Source: a virus (lineage: Duplodnaviria > Heunggongvirae > Uroviricota > Caudoviricetes). From it: 25,778 nucleotides of DNA. The notes beneath the pieces are model-generated. The model saw nothing but the letters and a program-made list of their open reading frames with translations. It was not told where the DNA came from and did no database searches. Position 1 is the stretch's first letter, and each line of letters opens with the position of its first letter. Positions 1-10,043 of the stretch are shown here, piece by piece. The position numbers and the translations under genes were made by a program. The stretch lies in IMG/VR virus record IMGVR_UViG_2563367003_000006, one strand, 5' to 3'.

Positions 1-1320
1 ACGCTGCAGCGTCTGTTCATCGTCGTGGCGGCCCATAATAATCTGCCGGTCAATCAGCCAGCTTTCCTCACCCGGCCCCCATCCCCATACGCGCATTTCG
101 TAGCGATCCATCTGGGAGTCGATACCGGCGGTCAGGTAAGCCACACGGTCAGGAACGGGCGCTGAATAATGCTCTTTCCGCTCTGCCATCACTTCAGCAT
201 CCGGACGTTCACCGATTTTCGCTTCCCACGTCTCACCGAGCGTGGTGTTCACGAAGGTTTTACGTTTTCCCGTATCCCCTTTCGTCTTCATCCAGTCTTT
301 GACAATCTGCACCCAGGTGGTGAACGGGCTGTACGCCGTCCAGATGTGAAAGGTCACACTGTCAGGTGGCTCAATCTCTTCACCGGATGACGAAAACCAG
401 AGAATGCCATCACGGGTCCAGATCCCGGTCTTTTCGCAGATATAACGGGCATCAGTGAAGTCCAGCTCCTGCTGGCGGATGACGCAGGCATTATGTTCGC
501 AGAGATAAAACACGCTGGAGGGATCATCCGGCGTCCATTTGAGGCCAAACGGCGTCTCTTTATCGCCAAATTTAAGGTACTGCTCCTCCCCGCAGTGCGG
601 GCAGGCAACATGAAAACGCATAAAATGCGGGGATTCACTGGCTGCACGCTCAATCTGACAGGTGCCTCTCACTTTGGGCGTGGAGCCACGGATGGACTTT
701 GGCCAGACCGAGCCTTCAATACGCTTATCGCCCAGGAACGTCGGAGAGCCTTCCTGTTCAATATCCTCATCAAAGGCAGCAAGTTCATCATAACCCGCCA
801 CATCCACTGACTTTTCACGGTAGTTTTTTGCCGCTTTACCGCCCAGGCACCAGAAGCCACGCCCATTGGTGAAACGCTTCATGGTGAGCGTGTTATCCCG
901 GTGCTTTTTGCCATACCACGGGGCCAGCGCCAGCAGCGACGGAATATCACGAATAGTCGGCTCAACGTGGGTTTTCATAAAGTTCTCGGCATCACCATCC
1001 GTCGGCAACCAGATAAGGGTGTTGCGCTGCTTATGCTCTATGAAGTAGGCATAAACACCCAGCAGCATTTTGGAATAACCAACACGGGCAGACTTCACCA
1101 CATTCACCTCGCGGATGTAGTCACTGCCCATCGCATTCATGATGGCCCGCTGAAAGGGCAGTGTTTCCCAGCGCCCTTCCTGGTATGCGGATTCTTTCGG
1201 GAGATAGTAATTGGCATCCGCCCATTCAACGGCGGTCTGTGGCTCCGGCCTGAACAGTGAGCGAAGCCCGGCGCGGACAAAATGCCGCAGCCTGTTAACC
1301 TGACTGTTCGATATATTCAC
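1..1320 (-). CDS. A: Terminase large subunit gpA, N-terminal 440 codons; 3' end runs off the window
   Basis: Minus-strand GTG at 1318-1320 gives VNISNSQVNRLRHFVRAGLR; window start translates to DRVAYLTAGIDSQMDRYEMRVWGWGPGEESWLIDRQIIMGRHDDEQTL. Both match lambda gpA as I recall it. No stop before position 1. Confidence 0.9.
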   Translation of the reverse strand, partial: MNISNSQVNRLRHFVRAGLRSLFRPEPQTAVEWADANYYLPKESAYQEGRWETLPFQRAIMNAMGSDYIREVNVVKSARVGYSKMLLGVYAYFIEHKQRNTLIWLPTDGDAENFMKTHVEPTIRDIPSLLALAPWYGKKHRDNTLTMKRFTNGRGFWCLGGKAAKNYREKSVDVAGYDELAAFDEDIEQEGSPTFLGDKRIEGSVWPKSIRGSTPKVRGTCQIERAASESPHFMRFHVACPHCGEEQYLKFGDKETPFGLKWTPDDPSSVFYLCEHNACVIRQQELDFTDARYICEKTGIWTRDGILWFSSSGEEIEPPDSVTFHIWTAYSPFTTWVQIVKDWMKTKGDTGKRKTFVNTTLGETWEAKIGERPDAEVMAERKEHYSAPVPDRVAYLTAGIDSQMDRYEMRVWGWGPGEESWLIDRQIIMGRHDDEQTLQR

Positions 1321-1840
1321 TCAGCAACCCCGGTATCAGTTCATCCAGCGCGGCTGCTTTGTTCATGGCTTTGATGATATCCCGTTTCAGGAAATCAACA
1401 TGTCGGTTTTCCAGTTCCGGAAAACGCCGCTGCACCGACAGGGGGATCCCGTCGAGAATACTGGCAATTTCACCTGCGATCCGCGACAGCACGAAAGTAC
1501 AGAATGCGGTTTCCACCACTTCAGCGGAGTCTCTGGCATTTTTCAGCTCCTGTGCGTCGGCCTGTGCACGCGTAAGTCGGTGGCGTTCGTACTCAATAGT
1601 CCCTGGCTGGAGATCTGTCTCGCTGGCCTGCCGCAGTTCTTCAACTTCCCGGCGCAGCTTTTCGTTCTCAATTTCAGCATCCCTTTCGGCATACCATTTT
1701 ATAACGGCGGCAGAGTCATAAAGCACCTCATTACCCTTGCCACCGCCTCGCAGAACGGGCATTCCCTGTTCCTGCCAGTTCTGAATGGTACGGATACTCG
1801 CACCGAAAATGTCAGCCAGCTGCTTTTTGTTGACTTCCAT
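1295..1840 (-). CDS. nu1: Terminase small subunit Nu1
   Basis: 181-aa ORF MEVNKKQLADIFGASIRTIQNWQEQGMPVLRGGGKGNEV... is near-identical to lambda Nu1 from memory; overlaps the gpA start by 26 nt as in lambda. Confidence 0.9.
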   Translation of the reverse strand: MEVNKKQLADIFGASIRTIQNWQEQGMPVLRGGGKGNEVLYDSAAVIKWYAERDAEIENEKLRREVEELRQASETDLQPGTIEYERHRLTRAQADAQELKNARDSAEVVETAFCTFVLSRIAGEIASILDGIPLSVQRRFPELENRHVDFLKRDIIKAMNKAAALDELIPGLLSEYIEQSG

Positions 1841-2060
1841 TGTTCATTCCACGGCCAAAAACAGAGAAAGGAAACGACAGAGGCCCAAAAGTTCGTTTTC
1901 AGCACCTGTCGTTTCCTTTCTTTTCAGGGGGTATTTTAAATAAAAACATTAAGTTACGACGAAGAAGAACGGAAACGCCTTAAACCGGAAAATTTTCATA
2001 AATAGCGAAAACCCGCGAGGTCGCCGCCCCGTAACCTGTCGGATCACCGGAAAGGACCCG
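1841..2060 (-). other. cos: cos packaging site (cosB plus cosN); 12-nt cohesive-end sequence at 2018-2029
   Basis: Plus strand 2018-2029 is aggtcgccgccc, the reverse complement of the lambda cohesive end GGGCGGCGACCT. Flanks on both sides match my recollection of the lambda left and right ends. Confidence 0.8.
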
Positions 2061-2228
2061 AAAAATGATAATGATTATCATCTACATATCACAACGTGCG
2101 TGGAGGCCATCAAACCACGTCAAATAATCAATTATGACGCAGGTATCGTATTAATTGATCTGCATCAACTTAACGTAAAAACAACTTCAGACAATACAAA
2201 TCAGCGACACTGAATACGGGGCAACCTC

Positions 2229-2462
2229 ATGTCAACGAAGAACAGAACCCGCAGAACAACAACCCGCAACATCCGCTTTCCTAACCAAATGATTGAACAA
2301 ATTAACATCGCTCTTGAGCAAAAAGGGTCCGGGAATTTCTCAGCCTGGGTCATTGAAGCCTGCCGCCGGAGACTGTGCTCAGAAAAAAGAGTTTCTTCTG
2401 AAGCAAACAAAGAAAAGAGTGACATTACTGAATTGCTCAGAAAACAGGTCAGACCAGATTGA
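2229..2462 (+). CDS. Small ribbon-helix-helix-like protein (position of ynfO in Qin)
   Basis: 77-aa ORF; basic N-terminus then NIRFPNQMIEQINIALEQKGSGNFSAWVIEACRRRL, typical of a CopG/Arc-type fold. Begins at the edge of the cos-homologous sequence. Confidence 0.5.
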   Translation: MSTKNRTRRTTTRNIRFPNQMIEQINIALEQKGSGNFSAWVIEACRRRLCSEKRVSSEANKEKSDITELLRKQVRPD

Positions 2463-2519
2463 AGCAATTTAGATAATCGTGCAGACTACGCCCCCTCATA
2501 TCACATGGAAGGTTTATCT

Positions 2520-2930
2520 ATGGATCAGGTAGTCATTTTTAAACAAATATTTGATAAAGTTCGAAACGATTTAAACTATCAATGGTTTTATTCTGAGCTA
2601 AAACGTCACAATGTCTCACATTACATTTACTATTTAGCCACAGAGAATGTTCATATTGTATTAAAAAATGATAATACAGTGTTATTAAAGGGCCTAAAAA
2701 ACATTGTGTCTGTCAAATTTTCAAAGGATAGGCATCTTATAGAAACGACCTCTAATAAGCTGAAATCCAGAGAGATCACATTTCAGGAATACAGAAGAAA
2801 CCTTGCTAAAGCAGGAGTTTTTCGGTGGGTTACAAATATCCACGAACAAAAAAGATATTACTATACCTTTGATAATTCATTACTATTTACTGAAAGCATC
2901 CAGAAAACTACACAGATCTTACCACTCTAA
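2520..2930 (+). CDS. Hypothetical protein, YdfO/YbcV-like (DUF1398-type by recollection)
   Basis: ORF 2505-2930; preferred start is the ATG at 2520 (MDQVV...) preceded by ggaagg. AT-rich. Followed by an 8-bp-stem hairpin at 2941-2969. Confidence 0.55.
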
Positions 2931-3081
2931 ACCATAACGTCCGGCTTCTCTCACTCCTGAGCCGGACTGCATTGGTTTAATAAAAACCATCAACAATTGT
3001 GATTTAGATATTCGGAACCATTCAAATATAACAAAACCCCGTAAAAACGAGGTTTATGGATAAATTTTATTATTGAATACA

Positions 3082-3255
3082 TCAGATTAAATTAATCTTG
3101 ACATCATAGCTTTCAAGACCCGTCATTTTTTCCCGTGCGGTAAACTGAATACTGGTAACTTCTTTCCCGGTCTTTTTCTTAAGTTCAATAATTTTTTTTG
3201 TTATATATTCAGAAATATCTGCTTCTGCTTTTGTTTTTAAGTTTTCAATATTCAT
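3082..3255 (-). CDS. gnsB: GnsA/GnsB-family small protein
   Basis: Found by hand, below the ORF-track cutoff: aagaggaaATGATG then MNIENLKTKAEADISEYITKKIIELKKKTGKEVTSIQFTAREKMTGLESYDVKINLI, stop at 3082-3084. Confidence 0.7.
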   Translation of the reverse strand: MNIENLKTKAEADISEYITKKIIELKKKTGKEVTSIQFTAREKMTGLESYDVKINLI

Positions 3256-3426
3256 CATTTCCTCTTTTAGTCTGTTATGACTTTCCAGTTACACAGTAAG
3301 TCGATTATATGGTGCAAACGTGTAAAAGATAAGATGAAACATCGCAATAATCAACATACGATAGTCTAAATTTTACACAAACAGACAAAGAGAATTTTCC
3401 TGAATTATCAATGCAATAGCATCAAA

Positions 3427-3699
3427 TCAACTCAAGAGCCTTATTGCTGCTTCCAGAATTTCTTCTGAAGTAACATGTCGATCCGCGGCTACATAAATGA
3501 CTTTATGATCTCCGGTCAGAGATGGAAACCCTGCGGCCATTACAGTAAGGTGTGTTTTTTCGCCATTTGGATATTCACGCATGATGGTGTTAACTCCAGT
3601 CATCGCTGGCACTACCACTGCTGGTTCAGAGTTAAAAAAAACTATGATTTTTTTCATGATGTTACCGTAGTATGTGAGTATCCATCGAATAGACACCAA
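3427..3699 (-). CDS. Small hypothetical protein (position of ynfN in Qin)
   Basis: 90-aa ORF; internal ATG at 3657 (MKKIIVFFNSEP...) is an alternative start. No family recognised. Confidence 0.4.
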   Translation of the reverse strand: MVSIRWILTYYGNIMKKIIVFFNSEPAVVVPAMTGVNTIMREYPNGEKTHLTVMAAGFPSLTGDHKVIYVAADRHVTSEEILEAAIRLLS

Positions 3700-3700
3700 G

Positions 3701-3721
3701 CAAAAAAGCTCCCGAAGGAGC
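3701..3721 (-). terminator. Intrinsic terminator candidate downstream of the cspI-like gene
   Basis: Minus-strand reading ggctccttcgggagc followed by tttttt (plus-strand caaaaaagctcccgaaggagcc). Confidence 0.5.
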
Positions 3722-3928
3722 CTTCATTTTCACTTTTTTAAATCCAACGACAGACGGCTGGCATTTAAGTATTGTGAAATATTATCAAATGTAATCATCA
3801 TTGATTTACAAAAGATACATTTTGCCCCGAAAGGATTCATGTCAGAAACATCAAAAGATGATGTTCTATACTGGGAACCATGACAACACGGGCATCTAAA
3901 GTGAATATGGTTTGTAATATTGTCTACC

Positions 3929-4141
3929 TCAAAGCGCCACTACATGAACAGCGGCAGGACCTTTAGGTCCGTTCTCAATATCAAATTCAACTTCCTGATT
4001 CTCAGTTAATGTTTTGAAATCGTTGCTCTGAATTGCTGAGAAATGGACAAACACATCTTTGCTGCCATCTTTCGGCGTGATGAAACCAAAACCTTTTTCA
4101 GGGTTAAACCATTTCACTAAACCAGTCATTTTGTTAGACAT
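3929..4141 (-). CDS. cspI: Cold-shock protein, CspA family (CspI-like)
   Basis: [38 protein letters not shown]... has the RNP1/RNP2 cold-shock-domain motifs; 70 aa. Confidence 0.85.
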   Translation of the reverse strand: MSNKMTGLVKWFNPEKGFGFITPKDGSKDVFVHFSAIQSNDFKTLTENQEVEFDIENGPKGPAAVHVVAL

Positions 4142-4503
4142 AATTATTACCTTTTGAAGAAATTAGCCCTTGGGCAGAATGGTCCGAAAAAAAATATCAG
4201 AGAGAAAAACCAACAAGGAAATCTCAAGAGGTACAAATAATAAAATTATAACAATGACTGCTTCAGATAAATTTGTAACAAACCAGAACACCATTAACGC
4301 ATGATTAACCACCCATAGCAAGGATTACTTTTGTAAAGAAAAACACAGCAATGAAAGAATAGCTTTATTTATTAATAAAACGTGTCATTCTGATTAAGAC
4401 CTTTTATCTTACCCTTAAGATTTCAGGAATTTTGGCTCATGGAAGAGTCCTTTTTATTTAAATTTTACATTCCGCGATGTAAATGTTCCGATTTAATATT
4501 ACC

Positions 4504-5533
<1,030 letters not shown>

Positions 5534-5609
5534 AGATATTTATGATGAGGACGCTTGAACCGCCCCGGGAATCCTGGAGACTAAACTCCCTGAGAAAGAG
5601 GTAAACAGG

Positions 5610-5936
5610 ATGACTAAAAATACTCGTTTTTCCCCCGAAGTCCGTCAGAGGGCGATTCGTATGGTTCTGGAAAGTCAGGGCGAATATGACTCACAGTGGG
5701 CGGCAATTTGTTCCATTGCCCCAAAGATTGGCTGTACACCGGAGACTCTGCGTGTCTGGGTACGCCAGCATGAGCGGGATACCGGAGGCGGTGATGGCGG
5801 GCTCACCACCGCTGAACGTCAGCGTCTGAAAGAGCTGGAACGTGAAAATCGTGAACTGCGCCGCAGTAACGATATCCTTCGCCAGGCTTCCGCTTATTTT
5901 GCGAAGGCGGAGTTCGACCGCCTCTGGAAAAAGTGA
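5610..5936 (+). CDS. IS3-family transposase OrfA (helix-turn-helix, leucine zipper)
   Basis: 108 aa, [23 protein letters not shown]...; ends at the slippery-looking A-run GAAAAAG, which overlaps the OrfB start. Confidence 0.9.
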   Translation: MTKNTRFSPEVRQRAIRMVLESQGEYDSQWAAICSIAPKIGCTPETLRVWVRQHERDTGGGDGGLTTAERQRLKELERENRELRRSNDILRQASAYFAKAEFDRLWKK

Positions 5937-6823
5937 TGCCACTGCTGGATAAGCTGCGTAAGCTGTACGGGGTCGGACCGGTATGCAGTGAACTACATAT
6001 TGCCCCGTCAACGTATTACCACTGTCAGCAACAGCGACATCATCCTGATAAACGCAGTGCCCGTGCGCAGCGCGATGACTGGCTGAAGAAAGAGATACTG
6101 CGCGTATACGATGGGAATCATCAGGTATACGGTGTGCGTAAAGTCTGGCGTCAGTTGTTACGGGAAGGAATCAGGGTAGCCAGATGTACAGTGGCGCGCC
6201 TCATGGCGGTTATGGGACTTGCCGGTGTTCTCCGGGGTAAAAAGGTCCGCACTACTGTCAGCCGGAAAGCCGTTGCCGCAGGCGACCGCGTAAACCGTCA
6301 GTTTGTGGCAGAACGTCCTGACCAGTTGTGGGTGGCTGATTTTACTTACGTCAGCACATGGCTGGGGGTCGTCTATGTGGCGTTCATCATTGATGTGTTT
6401 GCCGGATACATCGTGGGGTGGCGGGTCTCATCGTCTATGGAAACGACATTCGTGCTGGATGCTCTGGAGCAGGCGTTATGGGCCCGTCGACCGTCCGGCA
6501 CAGTCCATCACAGTGATAAAGGTTCTCAGTATGTATCGCTGGCCTACACACAGCGGCTTAAGGAAGCCGGATTACTGGCATCAACAGGAAGTACTGGTGA
6601 CTCGTATGACAACGCGATGGCGGAGAGCATCAATGGCCTTTACAAAGCGGAGGTAATACACCGTAAGAGCTGGAAAAACCGGACAGAAGTGGAGCTGGCC
6701 ACACTCACGTGGGTGGACTGGTATAACAATCGACGATTGCTGGAAAGGCTGGGCCATATCCCACCGGCAGAAGCAGAAAAAGCTTATTATGCTTCCATCG
6801 GAAACGATGATCTGGCAGCCTGA
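5933..6823 (+). CDS. IS3-family transposase OrfB (DDE/rve catalytic domain)
   Basis: 296 aa in the -1 frame relative to OrfA; contains [15 protein letters not shown] and a conserved E further downstream. Confidence 0.9.
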   Translation: MMPLLDKLRKLYGVGPVCSELHIAPSTYYHCQQQRHHPDKRSARAQRDDWLKKEILRVYDGNHQVYGVRKVWRQLLREGIRVARCTVARLMAVMGLAGVLRGKKVRTTVSRKAVAAGDRVNRQFVAERPDQLWVADFTYVSTWLGVVYVAFIIDVFAGYIVGWRVSSSMETTFVLDALEQALWARRPSGTVHHSDKGSQYVSLAYTQRLKEAGLLASTGSTGDSYDNAMAESINGLYKAEVIHRKSWKNRTEVELATLTWVDWYNNRRLLERLGHIPPAEAEKAYYASIGNDDLAA

Positions 6824-6865
6824 GTTCACAGATAAAACACTCTCCAGGAAACCCGGGGCGGTTCA

Positions 6866-7154
6866 GCTCGTGCTTATTGGCAGGATTTTCAATCTTAAAG
6901 GAGTACTGATGCTGCAGATAAGACTCAACTTTTTCTGACAATTTTTCTGCTACTTCCAGGAAGACTTGCCGGACGCTCCTTCTGGCTGCTGCCTCATAAA
7001 ACTCCAGCGCAGCTCCTTCAACACGGTCCATGGCGACATCCAGGTCAAAAATTTCACCGTCAAAGCGTTCTTTGTCCTGTAAGGCTACAGTTACCGTAAC
7101 TTTATTCTCAAAATTACGGACTCCTTTCACAACCAGTTCATAGTCTTGAGTCAT
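6866..7154 (-). pseudogene. ydfR-like small lysis-cassette gene, 3' end displaced by the IS629 insertion
   Basis: ORF 6705-7154 reads native sequence to ...ENPANKHE, then continues into the IS inverted repeat (LNRPGFPGE...). With the IS and one GCT copy removed, the frame reads ...HERPHHKYL and stops at a TGA overlapping the endolysin ATG. Confidence 0.65.
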
Positions 7155-7158
7155 TGGA

Positions 7159-7374
7159 TTACTCTCCTCTCGCAGCCTTACGCCTGTCTTCTTTAATCTT
7201 GAAATAAAGATTTGTCAGATACGTCAGCAGGCCAAAAACCAGGCTACCCAGCACACCGATTGCAGCCCACTGTGACGGAGTTACTTTATCGAGTAACTGC
7301 AATGCCCAGAAACCAGCATTACCCGCCGATGTGCCATAGGCAACACCTGTTGTTAACTTATCCATTGATTTCAT
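7159..7374 (-). CDS. Class II holin, phage-21 S-type (pinholin-like) with dual-start motif
   Basis: [71 protein letters not shown], 71 aa, two transmembrane helices, Met1-Lys-Ser-Met4 dual start; GGTGAGG ribosome-binding site upstream of 7374. The longer track ORF (to 7449) is probably an over-extension. Confidence 0.8.
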   Translation of the reverse strand: MKSMDKLTTGVAYGTSAGNAGFWALQLLDKVTPSQWAAIGVLGSLVFGLLTYLTNLYFKIKEDRRKAARGE

Positions 7375-7593
7375 ATCCTCACCCCGATGTACACGGATGG
7401 TGCAATATGTTTGAAAAGATCGGAGTCTACGGGGTAGTTTTGACAGCACACGTTGTTCTCAACGGCGCTAAAAAAACATACACATTAAAAATGTGGGTAA
7501 TTATTTTGAAAGAAAGTCATATATAAAATAATAATACGAGAAATGTTTTCATATTTAGTGTACTGTATACGGCCATTTATACAGGAAAAGCCT

Positions 7594-7764
7594 ATGTCAG
7601 AACGTAAAAACTCAAAATCACGCCGTAATTATCTCGTTAAATGTTCCTGCCCAAACTGCACCCAAGAGTCAGAACACAGTTTTTCAAGAGTACAAAAAGG
7701 TGCCCTTTTGATCTGCCCTCATTGCAACAAAGTATTCCAGACAAATCTTAAAGCTGTAGCCTGA
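7594..7764 (+). CDS. Small zinc-ribbon protein (CxC...CxxC), YnfU-like by recollection
   Basis: 56 aa from the ATG at 7594 (aggaaaag upstream): MSERKNSKSRRNYLVKCSCPNCTQESEHSFSRVQKGALLICPHCNKVF... Convergent with the late operon. Confidence 0.6.
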   Translation: MSERKNSKSRRNYLVKCSCPNCTQESEHSFSRVQKGALLICPHCNKVFQTNLKAVA

Positions 7765-7818
7765 TTGATTTTATTAGTAACAAGTATTTTTTATATTTTA
7801 ATAATATATTTAAAGCAG

Positions 7819-7846
7819 ATAATAAAAAACCCGCCTGAGCGGGTTT
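7819..7846 (-). terminator. Intrinsic terminator candidate between the cspB-like gene and the holin
   Basis: Minus-strand reading aaacccgctcaggcgggttt followed by tttttatt. Confidence 0.45.
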
Positions 7847-8127
7847 GAGATTGTGGTGCTTTTTGTGGGAGTCATCCACTTACGCACTTTGTTTTGCCAT
7901 GCCAGCAGTTAGCTTCTGCTGTAAAACTATTCATGCAGCAAACCTGCACTTCACCACAATGGTTAGCATACTTTTCCTGATTAAGATTTTGCCAAATATG
8001 CTAGCCATTGTTTCATGTATTGGACCTCCTTACTTTTTATTAAAGAGATCCAATATTCACTACTCTGTCCGTATCTCTACTCAGGCATCAGCCTTCTTCG
8101 TTATCGTATACAGACGAGCGATGAATT

Positions 8128-8343
8128 TTAATCAGTAATGATGACATTTGCTGCTGCAGGACCTTTAGCACCACTCTCTATAGAGAAGGTAACCTTTTGA
8201 CCTTCAAATAAGGTTCGATAATTATCATTCTGAATCGCAGAAAAATGCACAAACACATCTTTACTACCATCAACAGGAGAAATAAAGCCGAAACCTTTAT
8301 CAGCGTTAAACCATTTTACTAAACCAGTCATTTTATTTGACAT
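8128..8343 (-). CDS. cspB: Cold-shock protein, CspA family (CspB-like)
   Basis: [38 protein letters not shown]..., 71 aa; long AT-rich 5' leader at 8344-8640. Confidence 0.85.
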   Translation of the reverse strand: MSNKMTGLVKWFNADKGFGFISPVDGSKDVFVHFSAIQNDNYRTLFEGQKVTFSIESGAKGPAAANVIITD

Positions 8344-8643
8344 TCTACATTCCTTAACTTGAGCCTTTCGGCATAAATGGTTTGCATAACAGAAACGACT
8401 TCGTACTTAATTGGAGAGACTCAAAGAAGGAATAAGTGAATAACACCTGAAATGAGAACTGCTTTAGTAAACTACTTCGTATATCGTCTGTTCTTCAAAC
8501 CGACGCAATCATTAACGCATAGTTGAACATATGAAGCAATGTTTATTTTAGACATCCAGCCATCTTCAACCCCATCAAAAAACTATAGCTTTCTTCAGGA
8601 ACGTGTGTATAGTGCGCCAAGTTATCAGTATTAAGGAATTTTT

Positions 8644-8856
8644 TTGTCCCGTAAAATGACAGGAATTGTCAAAACCTTTGACGGCAAAAGCGGCAAGGGT
8701 CTTATCACCCCATCCGATGGTCGTATCGATGTCCAGCTTCATGTTTCAGCGCTCAATCTCCGCGATGCAGAAGAAATTACCACCGGATTACGCGTGGAAT
8801 TTTGCCGGATAAATGGTCTGCGTGGCCCTTCAGCTGCCAATGTTTACCTTTCATGA
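8644..8856 (+). CDS. cspF: Cold-shock-domain protein (CspF/CspH-like)
   Basis: (M)[43 protein letters not shown]...; the track start at 8644 is TTG, an internal ATG follows four codons later. Divergent from the cspB-like gene. Confidence 0.8.
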
Positions 8857-9140
8857 GCTATATTAAAGCTTTAATTTCAGGCCCCATCGGATCACACATG
8901 GAGAGTTTTTATGAATAACCCCGTCTGTCTTGATGACTGGTTGATTGGCTTTAAAAGCTTATGCTGTACTTTGGCCGTAATAGCTCTGCTAATAATATAA
9001 TAAGCAGACTCATTGTGTTTAGGGACATTGTACTGGAAGAAAACATTTTAAACATCAGGCAAATAACCAAGTCACCAGCTAAATAATAAGTTAACAGACA
9101 TGAGTCCCGGGATGAGATTCAACATTACCATTGCCCCATT

Positions 9141-9182
9141 TAAAGCACAAAACCCGCTCATCAGCGGGTTTTCTACTTTTTC
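9141..9182. terminator. Hairpin terminator candidate downstream of the late promoter (tR'-like), possibly bidirectional
   Basis: aaaacccgc tcatca gcgggtttt (9-bp stem) with T-rich sequence on both sides. Confidence 0.5.
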
Positions 9183-9216
9183 TTAACGTCGGGTATACAA
9201 AGCCCATCGTTGAAAA

Positions 9217-9245
9217 AATTTTATCCATATTTTTTGAAAAATGCA
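9217..9245 (-). promoter_or_regulatory. Late promoter candidate (pR'-like) just downstream of Q
   Basis: Minus strand TTGCAT, 17 nt, TAAAAT; 33 nt after the Q stop and about 45 nt upstream of the hairpin terminator. Confidence 0.45.
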
Positions 9246-9277
9246 AACATCATGTCGCCATCTTCAGCAAAAATCAT

Positions 9278-10030
9278 TTATCTCGTCACCTTCCTCAATT
9301 GCGCTTCCGCGTATGCTTCTTCCTGCCAGCACTTTGTTACCAGTTTACCAATGACGTCCGCATACCCCTTATACCACTGATAATCGGTCAGGTCTGGTAC
9401 CAGCTTCTGGACATGACGTCGTGCCAGCGTGGTCGGTAAACGACTAAACCGGTTTCCATTACAACGCCCACAAATCTTATATACCGGTACGCCATGAAAC
9501 CGGGTTCTTTTTTCATCCAGAACAATCCCTTTACCCTTACACCCTCTGCACGCTGTGCTGGCTTCGCCCTTACCATGGCAATGCTGACATAGTTCCTTCA
9601 CCCATTCTTCCTTGATTACAGATTCCCCGCGTCTGTAGTGTTTCACCACTTCGCGCAATACATTATAAAATCCCGTACCTGAACAATGCTCACAGCGAGC
9701 CTTACTTGCCGCAGACCTGGAGTAATCAGCAAAGGCAAAACTCACGAGGTAAGGAATAATCTGTAACCGGATTTCTTCACTCAATTTGTTCAATGTCGGG
9801 TTATCCAGTGCCATCGCGTAATTTAGCAGGCCTTCAATCGCAAACTGAGGGTCCTGAACACCAACTTTTGCCAGAAATAAGGCCAACCCAAGTGGTGCTT
9901 TCGACTGCACCATCCCCTGCGCTGCCATTACATCCGTAATTGTTAAACAACCGGTGCCTGTCGCTGGAGCGTCATCGCTCAATTTTGGAGATTTTGGGGA
10001 GTAATATTTTGGTAAGGCTTCAAGGTTCAT
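9278..10030 (-). CDS. Q: Late-gene antitermination protein Q
   Basis: 250 aa from the ATG at 10030 (ggag upstream): MNLEALPKYYSPKSPK...; Cys-rich zinc-binding region (CEHCSGTG...CQHCHGKG...CRGCKGKG...CGRCNG). Position between the nin-like region and the lysis genes. Confidence 0.8.
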   Translation of the reverse strand: MNLEALPKYYSPKSPKLSDDAPATGTGCLTITDVMAAQGMVQSKAPLGLALFLAKVGVQDPQFAIEGLLNYAMALDNPTLNKLSEEIRLQIIPYLVSFAFADYSRSAASKARCEHCSGTGFYNVLREVVKHYRRGESVIKEEWVKELCQHCHGKGEASTACRGCKGKGIVLDEKRTRFHGVPVYKICGRCNGNRFSRLPTTLARRHVQKLVPDLTDYQWYKGYADVIGKLVTKCWQEEAYAEAQLRKVTR

Positions 10031-10043
10031 GCTCGTTCTCCAC

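Larger units (their letters stand above)
5556..6865 (+). mobile_element. IS629-like insertion sequence (IS3 family), 1310 bp
   Basis: Terminal inverted repeats TGAACCGCCCCGGGAATCCTGGAGA (5556-) and reverse complement TGAACCGCCCCGGGTTTCCTGGAGAG (-6865). Flanking 3-bp direct repeat GCT at 5553-5555 and 6866-6868. Two ORFs in the typical 0/-1 arrangement. Confidence 0.85.

Noticed and set aside
169-1260. Plus-strand ORFs (73-119 aa) across the first 1.3 kb
   Set aside because: They lie antisense or out of frame within the gpA coding region, whose minus-strand translation is continuous and matches lambda gpA; shadow ORFs.
7845-8138. 97-aa plus-strand ORF downstream of the zinc-ribbon gene
   Set aside because: Very AT-rich, low-complexity translation; overlaps the cspB-like gene's 3' region and follows a hairpin.
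9131-9576. ORFs 9131-9439 (+) and 9388-9576 (-) overlapping Q and the late promoter region
   Set aside because: Out of frame or antisense to the Q gene, whose Cys-rich product is clearly recognisable; the 9131-9277 stretch is better explained as promoter plus terminator.
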